A stretch of 64,000 nucleotides of DNA. Origin: Lama guanicoe (taxonomy: Eukaryota). The DNA is taken from NCBI GenBank assembly GCA_013239625.1, contig MU056050.1:5713366-5777365 (forward strand), written 5' to 3'. The translations under genes and the position numbers were made by a program. Shown here in pieces: positions 26,229-37,570 of this stretch (position 1 is the stretch's first letter; each line of letters begins with the position of its first letter). The notes under the pieces were generated by a model. That model made no database searches. It had not been told where the DNA came from and worked only from the letters and a program-made list of their open reading frames with translations.

Positions 26229-27085
26229 CTGAACAGACATTTTTCCAAAGAAGACATATACAGATGGCCAACAGGCACAAGAAAAGATGCTCAACCTCAT
26301 TATTCACCAAAGAAATGCAAATTAAAGCCACAGTGGGATATCACCTCACACCTTTCAGAATGTCTATAATTAGAAAGAACAAAAATAACAAATGTTGGCA
26401 AGGATGTGGAGAAAAGGGAACCCTTGCACCCTGTTGGTGGGAATGTAAATTGGTTCAGCCACTATAGAAAGCAGTATGGAGGTTTCTCAAAAACTTCAAA
26501 ATGGAGCTACCATATTACCCAGCAATTCCACTCCTATGTGTATACCTGGAAAAACCAGACACTAATTCAAAAAGATACATATACCTCAGTGTGTTAATAG
26601 CAGCATTCCTTACAACTGCCAAGATATGGAAGCAACCTGAGTCTCTATCAATAGATGAAGGGATAAAGATGTAGTATATATTTATACAGAGGAATATTAC
26701 TCAGTCATAAAAATGAAACCTGGCCATGTCCAGCAACATGGATGGACTTGGGGGGCACTATTCTAAGCTAAGTAAGTCAGACAGACGAAGACAAATACTG
26801 TATGATATCACTTATATGTGCAATCTAAAAACTACAACAAACTAGGAAAAATAACAGTTGACACATAGAGAGAACAAACTAGTGATTACCAGAAGAGGTG
26901 GTGAGGAGAGGAGCAATATGGAGTTGGGGCGGGGTACAAACTATTGGGTGTAAGACAGGCTACAAGGATGTATTTTGACAATATGGGGAATAGACCCAAT
27001 ATTTTGTAGTAACTATAAATGGAATGAAACCTTTATAAATTGTTTAAAATATCAAAAAATAAAAACTAAAATCAACTTGAAAAAA
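26229..27085 (+). mobile_element. 5'-truncated L1 (cetartiodactyl-type): ORF2 C-terminus and 3'UTR
   Basis: ORF 26207-26467 contains [43 protein letters not shown], the L1 ORF2 C-terminal region; imperfect TSD aaagtatcatctcatctca / aaaacatcatgtcatctca. Confidence 0.95.
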
Positions 27086-29889
27086 CATCATGTCATCTCA
27101 TTCTTGAGGTTGGAGGAAATACTGGAAGAGGAGACAGAGTGACACAATTTGATTATATCACCCTATATCCCCCCCAGTACAAAAAAGGGTGTGTGGAGCT
27201 AGCAACTTGCCTGTTAGCTTGTATAGTTCCCAGGATGGTTAAGAAAGAGTTGGTAGCATTTCTCAGATTCAGAAAGTGGAGAACTTCTCTTCTCCCAATG
27301 CATCTCACTTCTCCAAGTGGTTCTGAGCCCATGTCAGACTGTGATTTTTTTTATGGGTTCAATTACCAGCTGGCTTTTAGCATCTAAGTTGTTTGCACAT
27401 GGGGCTTTCAAAATTATAGGTCAAGCTGAAACTGATGAGTCTTTTTCTCCCCCTAAATGCTAAAGAAAGTTTGCCTCATATTTTATGTTTTTCCAGATAT
27501 AAAGGAGAGCTTGCCAGGTGGCATATTCAGGTTCTAATTGGGAGCTGGGTAACATTTATCATAATTAGCTCTGTCCCCAGTGCCAGTCTCAAGCAGCTTT
27601 CCTGTTGCGTTTCTGGCCGAGGCAGGCATGCCAAGCAGAAGGGGAGGCCACCCGCCATCATGGAGCCTCAGTCTATGCCAGGTCCATCTCATCTGCTGAG
27701 AAACGTGGAAACCTACAAGATGTTCAGTGCATGACAGGAACCTCATATACCACTGCTTGGGTTTAATGGGGCACCATGTCCAATTCCCTCATATCAGTAA
27801 TATTGCATTTTTTGTTGAAGAAGAGGGTATGCTTCAGAACCACAATGGCTAATTGCTTTCTTCCTTTAATGTCACTGTATCAACACTGTCCTTAAATATG
27901 CCGTTTTCTTTTAAAATGTGTTCATAAGAATGAAGCTTTCACATGGCACACACTGAGGACTTTTCACATGCACATAAGTCAGTGAGAAAAAAAAAAAGCC
28001 TGCAGTCAACGGGCAGCAGAAGCCAGGAACCTAAGAGTGATTGAAGACTCAGAATCCAGGCGTACTTGGACCCCAGGGCTGGACTACGGACTTAGGCAAC
28101 AACACTAATCACTGAGAATAAAATCCATGTCTCTTAGAGGTGTGGTCAGAGGCAGGAAATATCTGTGGAGAAAAATTTGAGGCAAGTCTCTCTAAAACAG
28201 CTACCCTGGACCATTTTCATCAAAGGAAAAGTGACTTTGCACTTTTCTTCAGGTGACAGAGCTCTGCGAATGACTATGCCCAAGGCTGGGACAGTGACAG
28301 CACGAGCGCTGTTGCTGGGATGATTTATTCCAGTACCTGGCCAGCCACTGGCCAGGAGACGAATGGCCTATCTCCCACGTCCTTCATGTCACCTAAGCCC
28401 TGGTCGAAACAGAGAACTAAGGAAGGCAAAGCTCGCAGCCAGAGTCAGGTAGTTTTGTTTTGTTTTTGTTTTTTTTCCTTAAATTAAATACTGGACTTTT
28501 GAGTTCATGACATTCCTTATTTAGTCTGTGTTTTGAAAAAGGGCTTCTTTACTAGTTTTGCTTTCTGACCCTGAATGCTGGCAGTATTAGCATTCCCCCA
28601 CTCTAGATTCAAAACATTTCCTAGCAGTATCTTGCATTTTCCCACACTTATCAAAGTAAACCAGCAATTAGATGGCAACCCTCTGCATGTCGCCCTGCTT
28701 GGAGATAGCTCGTGGGCTCGGCTTAGAATTACAAACGCTTTTTGGCATCAGACCTCTGGACATGATTCAGATCAAAGTCTCCAAGGGGCCTTTCTCTGAT
28801 AAATGGTCCCAAATAGCCAAAAATCAATATTTCACTTATATTTTGATGGGTACTGATTGCTGAAAGTTGTTTGAAATTATAAATGATAAATGTTGAAGCA
28901 TTTGAGAGGGAAGTAAATACACGCTGTATGGTTCTGCTCAGTAATATGCTGTTCACACTTAACTGTAGGCCAAGGGGCAATAGCACCATTTAGTCCCTGG
29001 AACTTGAAGAAGTTTCCTTTTAACTTTCATTTACCTTTTGATGATGCTCTGTGGGCTGAATGAAGCATGTGAGTTGGGAGTTGCTTAGCATAGGATGTGA
29101 TAATCCAATTTCAAATGAATTTGTATCCATTCCTAGAAAACCCATACTCTCTCCTTATTCTCTAGAATATAATTTTTTATTATTATAATACACACACTCC
29201 TTTCTAATTTTATACTTTGTATCCGTTAAAGGGCTACAAAGGGACCAGAAAGTTTATTTCAAAAATACTAGCAAATGAAAGATGAAAGAATGATCAGATC
29301 AGGACTTTGCTTTAGGCTCACAGTGAGCAAGAAACAGAGCCATGACTAGGTATGGTACACAGGGATGGGACCAGCACTTTACAGTGTGCGATGTTTGTCT
29401 TTGTCCCCATCTCCTATTTCCAGATGTCCCACTTTGGCCAGTCCTATAGGGTCTTCTTCTTAGCAGACTACTGACTGATACTGGCTAAAAATGTACTCCT
29501 CTAAACACTACTAACATTTTCATAGGAAACGGAAATCAATCTCTAAAGGTGAAACGTCAGGGAATATGACAAGCAATAAATCTAAGTCTTCATCCTTTTC
29601 TAGCAATTGTGAAATTGTGTCCACTAGGCTGCAAACTATCCTACCTACTCAACAGGTTAGGCGCATGCAGAGTTATGCCTTGCCTGGTATCCAGAACCTG
29701 ACTAAGCATGCAAGTTACACAAATTCCTACCTATCTACATAGCGATGATGTTGTGAGATAGACTGAGAAGTCCCCAAACACAGAATTATTACCAACAAGA
29801 TTCATATACTAAATTGCATGAAGGTACAAAAATTTTTTTGAAAGTCTAACTTCAACCTTAAGTTTTCAAACTTTCCTTATTCACTATCA

Positions 29890-30516
29890 CACTATCACCT
29901 GGAGGGCTTGTTAAAACACAGAGTTCTTTATTTAAAACTTCTCTTAAAAAGACAATATACAATGGAATACTACTCAGCCAGAAAGAAGAATAAAATAATG
30001 CCATTTGCAGCAACATGGATAGACCTGGAGATTATCATTCTAACTGAATAAATCAGAAAGAGAACACAAAGTACATACTATATCACTTATATGTGGAATC
30101 TGGGGGAAAAAAAAGGATACAAGTGAACTTATCTACAAAAAAGAAAGACTCACAGAGATAGAGAACAAACTTATAGTTACCAGGGGGTAAAGGGTGTGGG
30201 AAGGGATAAATTGGGAATTCAAAATTTGTACCTCCTGGGGAGTGATGGAAATGTTACCTATCTTGACTGTGGTGGTGGTTTCAGTGGTATCTTTCAAAAT
30301 TCATCAAATTGTACATCTGAAATATGTATAGTTTATTGTACAGAAATCATACCACAATAAAAGTGTTTTTAAAAAACACAGATAGCTGGACTCTACTTCT
30401 AGGATTTCTCATTTAGTAGGTCTGTGGTGGGGCCCCCAAACTTTGATTCCTATCAAGCTTTCAGATAATGGTGATACTGCCTTTGTGAACCAGGCCGCAC
30501 TCTTTGAGAACAACTG
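29890..30516. mobile_element. MER5A-like hAT element split by an L1 insertion
   Basis: atcacctggagggcttgttaaaacacaga | tagctgg...ttagtaggtctgtggtgggg...ctttgagaacaactg. Confidence 0.8.
29923..30372 (+). mobile_element. Truncated L1 3' end with a chimeric terminus
   Basis: atggaatactactcagcc...atgccatttgcagcaacatggat; perfect TSD aaaacacaga at 29913-29922 / 30373-30382. Confidence 0.9.
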
Positions 30517-31139
30517 GTCTACCTCAACAGAATGCAACTCACTCTAGGAAACGTAACCCATGCCATCATTTCTCCCTTATTGGTATTGAATTAATAAACT
30601 GACCTTCCTAACCAGAGGAACGTGGGAAAGCACACAAATATCTGGTTCCCGACAGAGAATGAAGGGGGAGAGGGAAAGAGGGAGAGGATGCTTTAGGGAA
30701 TAGAGAGGAGGGAGAGGAGAGGAGAGGAGAAACTGCAGTGTTACAAATTTCATTGCTACCAGAAGTCTTCCAAGGATCAACCTGGTCCAACACAACCCAA
30801 TTTCTGAGAATAGGATTTTCTCATAGGATATCATGTTGAGCCAATAATTCTTCAATGCCTATTACATGCTAGGCATGGTAGGACTGAGTTCAGAGAAGTC
30901 TGTTCTTCTACCGCATTTCGAAATCAGAAGCAGAACCCAGCAGGGAAAAGTTTTCATTTAAATGTAGGAGATAATTAATGTATTAAGAGGACATGGTGTT
31001 AGCCATTCACAGTTCATGCCATTTAGGGATTAAATGAGTGAACAAGTGCAGACAAAAGAGAGAAATAACATAGGATTTTTTTTTTTTTTTGGCTGCAAGT
31101 TATCCTCGTCAGGGCAAAAATAGTATTTCTTTGGCACTT

Positions 31140-31460
31140 AAGGTAGGATAGCCTAGTCTATGCTGCAATAACAAATAATCCTCAACTCTCAGTTGCTTTC
31201 AACAGCAAAGGTTTATTTATATTTCACTAACGAAAAATGTGTTATATGCCCAGGTGACTCTCCAGGGTAGCTGTTTTCTATGTAAAAGCTCATTACTAGA
31301 CCTCCATATCAACACCTGCCTCCACAATCTTGTCACCAGTGGATGAGAAAGTTGGAGAGTCAAGAGCCAGCCAGTAAATGTAACTATGTCACATCTGCTC
31401 ACATGTCATTGTCTAAAGACAATCTTCCCGCGTGTCCAAAAGGAAAGAGAAACCAGATAT
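31140..31460 (-). mobile_element. Old MaLR LTR (MLT1I/J-like)
   Basis: ctatgctgcaataacaaataatcctcaactctcagttgctttcaacagcaaaggtttattt ... tctgctcacatgtcattgtc. Confidence 0.7.
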
Positions 31461-32239
31461 TCAGACGCTTCACTGTACCAAAAAAAGATGCAACAAAGCT
31501 TTGACATTGGTGGATAAAATCTGCCCTTGATCCTAATAACAACACTCAAGCTTCTAGAGAGATGGTGATTCAGGAAAATAATGATACAGAAAGTATTTAG
31601 GCTTTTGGCCCTAAATGAAAAATTAAAAGGATCTCTACCTAATTTTCCTCACAATGATTGGGAACTCTGATCCAGAATTATGTTTCTTCAATAAACATCT
31701 ATCCTCACCCCTCCCCAAAAGAGAATATGAAATTTCAAAAAGGACAAAGGAACTGTCTCACCGTAAATGGTGATATCAAGGAAAATTATAAAATGGAAGA
31801 CATGAGGTCCTGGGTGTGAATTTTATTAAAGATGCAAGAAATTCTGGTGCAAGGTAACATAAACAATGCACTTTCTTTAGTAATGTTTCAATTATGCAAA
31901 TACAAGACACACATCTACACACTACATACTTGGCACAGCTTTCTGGCTTTACCAACTTTAATAGAGAAGATGGGGAAATCACTATTACAGAGACAAACGA
32001 TTTCGCCTTGCCAGGAAGCTTTTCATTAAAAGGTTCTTAAATCCATCATAAACTATTCAAGTCCTGACTCAAGGCAGAAAATCTGTAAGAGAGGCTGTTT
32101 TTATCCATTCCCTGTTTATCACGCTCAATTTCCATTACTGAAATTCTTATGATTGCACATATACTCAGTACCCGAAACTCCCTAATGCAACCAAATGTAA
32201 ACAAAGTATTGGTTAAGGTCGGTCTGCTACATTAAGCCA

Positions 32240-33330
32240 AATCAATTTAGTAAACATTTACTGAGTGTGCACTATGTTATGACACTGTGCAAAGTGGTAA
32301 GGGAAATTCAAAGTTCATAGGATTTTCCTCAACCCAGACTTCTTACTGTCTAAAATAAGCTGTTAAGAAGACCAGTCTCTTCATGCTTGGTAGGGTCGAT
32401 CAGTGCTTTAGATCAGAGTCCAGAGCAAGGGAGGACACACATCTAGCAGCTTCAGTCAAGAAGGGCTTCGGGGAAGAGATAAGACTTGTACTGCGTCTCC
32501 GTTAACAGGTCCGCCTTGGTTAGGGACTGACAGGGGAAGGAAGTAGACAGCCTATCGTCATGAAAGAGCATGGAGAAAGCCACTGAAAGGGAAAACTCAA
32601 CATGGCCAAATGTGTAGAAGAGACTGGTGATGATTAAAGGAGACTGAGCTTCTTGAAAATTTCTTCCTTAACCCAAGTTTCTGGACATAAGACAGGAGTA
32701 TCAGGGACTAACCTTTCTGAAAACACCCTACACACACCAGTGAATCTCAATTACTCAAAGCAAAGTTGGTGATCACATCGCTGCACTATTTGTATCTTTG
32801 CTCTTACTAGGGTCTCTTTCTGGATTGTCCTTTCCCTTCAACTCTATCCTTCAAGAACCAGCCTAATTGCAGACTCTTCCAAAAAGCCTTCCTTGATTTC
32901 ATGTTCCCCACCACGACAGGTAGATGAGTCCTCTCCTACTGCTGTGATATGGGAGATGCAGGGAAACACGAGAGCTGAGGTGTAATGGAGTGTTGAGGGA
33001 TCTAGAAGGAAGGAGCATCGATTTGCACCAGGAGTTTTCTTCATCTCAGTTGAGGTTACCATGTGAGTGTAAAGTAGGCACTTAATCAACAACAAAGTAA
33101 AGACGGCCAGGCCCAGAACCCGATGTAACACTGATATCACCAGTATCACGTCTCTCCAAACCCAAATTATTAAACACTCCCTGTCATTCCCTCAATACCT
33201 GGGATACAGTAAGTTTGATGTTTATTTTTTTTAATTTAAAGAATGAATTTATAATCAGGGGTCTATATGCTTTTTGTGCAATTACTGTAGTATCTGGCAC
33301 TATGCTGGTTTACAGTAGACAGATCATTTC
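32240..33330. mobile_element. L2 fragments (- about 32240-32620; + about 32780-33330)
   Basis: tagtaaacatttactgagtgtgcactatg on -; ctcttccaaaaagccttccttga and gtatctggcac on +. Confidence 0.6.
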
Positions 33331-33753
33331 AAAATCTCATATCAACATTTTTGGATACCTCTGCCACGCCAGACACTACTGATGACGTTAGGCACATAGA
33401 GACTATTAGCTCGTTAACCCCCTTCTTTTCAAGGAACGGAGGAGACACGCACTATAATAGCAGGCACAACGAGATTTCTGTAAGTAGAACTAAAAGCAGG
33501 TGCGGAGGGAGGCTGAATGCTAACGAGCAGAAAGAAAAAAGTTGAGGAGTAGCAGTTTTTGCCGGTTGGTTTGAATCTGAGACGCAGAGAAACTAGCGAT
33601 TATGTCACCTTGGTAGATTCTAACCTTTTAGACCCCTGGTGTCTAAAAAAAGAGCCTCTGCTTTCTATCTCCCCGTACACTGCAATGAGTGTGCAGCGAA
33701 ATACAAGTAGGATTCTTTGTTTGAGCCAATTTGGCGACAGAGGAGCCTTGTGA

Positions 33754-33769
33754 AGCGCCCCCTTGTGGC
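33754..33769 (-). promoter_or_regulatory. Candidate CTCF binding site
   Basis: Reverse complement GCCACAAGGGGGCGCT matches the CTCF core CCASYAGRKGGCRS with one mismatch; lies in a locally CpG-rich patch. Confidence 0.65.
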
Positions 33770-35379
33770 TGTGGAAAATACAAGCAAGCAAGAGGGAAGC
33801 CATTACCTGATCCAATCCTGACAGGAAAGTTAAGGCTGGAATATGAACTCTATGCCTTGTTGTGGGAGAAATGGTAAAAAGAAAACAAAGTGATTAAAAT
33901 GAAGAAAGAGTTAGAACGTGTAAGGTATTCCCAATATTAATTTAGTTTGAATTCTCCCACCTCCAATCCCACGGCCAAATACGAGCCTATGCAGAGGAAG
34001 GCCATAGCTGCACGAGATCTCTTCTGCAGAAGGAGGGGGTAGACCAGCCGACCTCTTTAATGTGTTCAAACTCCAGAATATTATGATGCTGTAATACAAC
34101 TTTTGTATTTCCCAGGGTCTACCAGGAGGCTAAAGGACAATGCTGACTTGTGGGATTGCAAAGAAGGAACAAATTAATATCCCCATCACCTAGCAACCTC
34201 AGGCTACTTCCTGGAGAGAGCCACAGGAAAGAAAGGGGAAATTAGGAGTTACAAAACATCTGCAAAATCTTAGTTCATATCTGTGAAGCAGCCGAAGCCC
34301 TGGGGACCAATAGTACGGACAGGAAATCAATATTAAATACTCTTTGTACATTAGCTCCTGAAAGTTCACTATCAACTTCTGAAAATGATCCTCTACAAAA
34401 GGCAGCTAAATCTTGGGCAACCTTCATGTGGCTTGGTGACAGAGAGGCTAAAGAGTCCCCAAGGGACCCATGGAAGTCAAAGAACAGGAGCTATAGGAGA
34501 CTTATGCATTGTGCCACTGGGGCTCTGGGCGGGGTCATTCAGCCTTGCATTTGCATACAATAACCACTTCAACTGCACCCTCAGTGGGAGGTTCTCACTT
34601 GCTGAGTCAGCTTGCTGAAAGTCGAAGATCTGGCCTACAGGAAAGAAAGTGGGAAAGGTAATGGCGAATAAGGAAGGGCCTGAATCAGGAAGATGGTTCA
34701 ATCAAGTGCCCCCTTCAATTCCCTCCAGGGACAGAAACTCATCCCCTATGCAGCTGGTACACTGTAGGAGCGAGGGAACAGAATGGCACCTCTCCCACTG
34801 GCCCACGCTCTCCTGTCCCTACATCCGGATATCCCCCTCAGGCTTAATTTGGCTGCCAGGTGTTCCAAAGCATATGTGTGTGCATGTGTGTGCATGAGCT
34901 CTTGTGCTTTTGAGAACACATGTGAGTTATTATGTGTCTGAACTAATATAGGGAAGGAATTGAAGGGTAAAGAGCCTTCTTGAGATTAATTGGGCTTCAA
35001 ATGCCTCAAAACCTGAAGCCAAAGTTGAGCCTAAAGTGGCCCATATATATTTTAAGCTTATTTTCTGTAAGTCAGCAGCTGGTGTCAGAGTCATGTACAT
35101 AACCTTTAACTTGGCCATTATCAGCTGACATACTGACTATTGCTGGGTGGATGGATGGACCAGTCACCTGTCATCATATCCCCAATGTTCACATTCAACT
35201 GAAAAAAAAAAAGCTATTTCATTATTCAGAATAAAGGGGGAAAAACAGGCTGATTTTCTATTTATCTTCTCCCCAAATCTATTTGTGTTTCTGCATCCCA
35301 AGATACTGACAAGTGTTGCTCTGTGAAATAGGGAAGGAGACTGACTATGTTGGAGCTTGCTGGCTAAGTCTAAATGGCA

Positions 35380-35492
35380 AGTAAGGTTTGCTTTACATAC
35401 CAGTTTATGCCTATTGTCCTGGCTTGATTAACAGCATCCCTTTCCACTCTCAAAAATCAACCCAGTTTGAACTATGAATAATATGGTTAAGA
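35380..35492 (-). mobile_element. MER94-like hAT-Blackjack element
   Basis: cagtttatgcctattgtcctggc...cctttccactctcaaaa...cagtttgaactatgaataatatggt. Confidence 0.7.
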
Positions 35493-36244
35493 GATAAAGT
35501 GACTCCTTCAGTCAACAGGGTTTCCCCCCCTAATTGAATGAATATTTGGACTTCTGTCTGTGTCTCCGCCACTAGATATACAAACTGCATTAAACACTGG
35601 CAGGGCACCTCTACCGCTTGGAACCTCTCCCTTATGAGATTATTTTTTTTCCCTGCATCTTATTAGGCATGCTTTGTTCATGACCTTGGGAGCCAGGGTG
35701 TGCTCCAAAATAACATTATCTTGTACCCCAACAGTACCCTGGCAACCTTTAGCTATTACACTTGGAAATTGAAATCAATTTCCCTCTCCCAACTCTGCCT
35801 TTAGGGCCAGGTGTCTGTAAGGTTATTTTGTAGGTAAACGTCTCTCCACAGTTCAGTGGAGCTGATGAACTGGGATGCAGAAAGCCACCCCACTGACAAG
35901 CCCATGCACTTGAGGTTGAAATGAGAGACGTGCTGTTAGTGAATGGGTTATAGGCTGGCATTCAGATCCAGTTATAGGACCAGCTTGTGCAAGCGGGAGG
36001 CACTGTCCACACATTTTCTTCTTAAATGCCCTCGCACTCCTCAGGGCATGGGTGATATACATTTGCTTTAATTACTTTGATGGCTTCAGAGTATTTCTCT
36101 TAAATGACTAGCAGTTAATTCCTGGGTACATAAAAGTTCCTCTCAAGTATCTCTGGGAGACACTAAACTGCTCTGGAAGCAGGAAACAATAAGATCAAAG
36201 AGGACTCAGGTGTCTGTCTGGAATGGAAGAAGAAAAACAATTAG

Positions 36245-36420
36245 AGCAAGGGCTCCTTAATGTCAGTGTGATAGGAATGCAGCTTCCCAGGCCCAACTTC
36301 TCAGAGAGTCCAATTCCTTCAATGTAAGACGGGATACAGCAATCTGCACTTAATGATAAGAATTACTGTGAGCAATTCTGAAGCACTGGCCTCATGACCT
36401 CTCTCTAAGAAAGACTAAAT
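36245..36420. mobile_element. MER5-like fragment
   Basis: aatgcagcttcccaggccc...aatctgcactt...caattctgaagca. Confidence 0.5.
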
Positions 36421-37339
36421 TAAGAAGTTTTAATTCAGATGAGTCATAAAAATGAAAAGGTGACAGAGTTCAGATCAAGGGAAACGAAGCTCATAGGAAG
36501 GCAGGCAACACTGACCCGGCTGGACAAAAAGCAGCCGAAACAATGGGAGTCCCAGCTTGGCCGACCAGCTAACCAAAGGAAGTTGGCAAAAGCTGCATAC
36601 ACTGCATTAACTATCTATAAAGGCCTGTTCCTGTAGAGATTGATGCCCCATTCTAATCTCACCACCTGCAGTACAATAGCAAATGCAGCAATTACACAGA
36701 CAAACTTCAGTGCACAGTACTCAGTATGTAACAGATATTCAGTAATGGACTAATGGGTAGATAATGGGTAGATAGCAAAATGGATTTTTTTCCATGGAGG
36801 AACCTCAAGAGACATTAAGGGTGGGAGGAAGATGTGATTCATAGGCTATGGCCACAAAGCTCTCTACCATCTCTGGATGGTAGAACAGTCAAAGAACAAG
36901 AAATAAGTACACAGCTAGCACCTGTTCCCACAAGGCCGGCTCCCAGAAGACTGTTATTTTTGGCAACTACACTGACAACTTCACATTTTGTGGCCCTGCT
37001 CTCCAGTCCTGTTTTCTGCCCCTTACCTACTTCTTACACATGCTGTACAAATAGACAGGCTGGATTTCGTTAAACTTAAGTCTTTGCCTTAGATAAGGAG
37101 CTGCATTGGTACATTGGTGATTCAAAGAAAATCAGTTTTGGTGCATTTCTAAATGAAAGAAAGTGCTAACTGGGGATGGACCCTGAGAAATTAACTCCCC
37201 TCCATGGGTTCTCAGGACAATCCGTTTTCTATTGCAGACTAGGGAGGTAACAACTCTTACCCCAGATTACTCTAAAACATCACAAAGCAGAGGCAATAAA
37301 TCTGGGAAAGCAGGAGTCACTGAGGCAACACAGATAAGC

Positions 37340-37570
37340 ATGTGATCTGAAGTCTAAGAGACCTGGATTTGAATCCAAGCACTGCCATGTGGAAACTGAT
37401 AGACCTTTGGAAGGAAATTCAACTCTTCCACGTCTATTTTCAGATCTGTAAGATGTGAATGACAATAATAATACATATCTTTTTCACGGATTATTTGGAG
37501 CATTGAATACATGAGATTAATGCAAAGAATTGAACATAATTCCTGACACTTAATAAGTACTCAACATAAG
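37340..37570 (+). mobile_element. MIR SINE
   Basis: gacctggatttgaatccaagcactgcc ... cctgacacttaataagtactcaa. Confidence 0.75.

Noticed and set aside
26207..26597. ORFs with clear protein homology
   Set aside because: L1 ORF2 remnants in a truncated, frameshifted copy, not a host gene.
28981..28991. tagcaccattt matches the start of miR-29b/c
   Set aside because: Only 11 nt match; the rest differs and no hairpin is visible.
31530..32030. Possible very old CR1/L3 reverse transcriptase remnant
   Set aside because: Similarity is too faint to support by eye.
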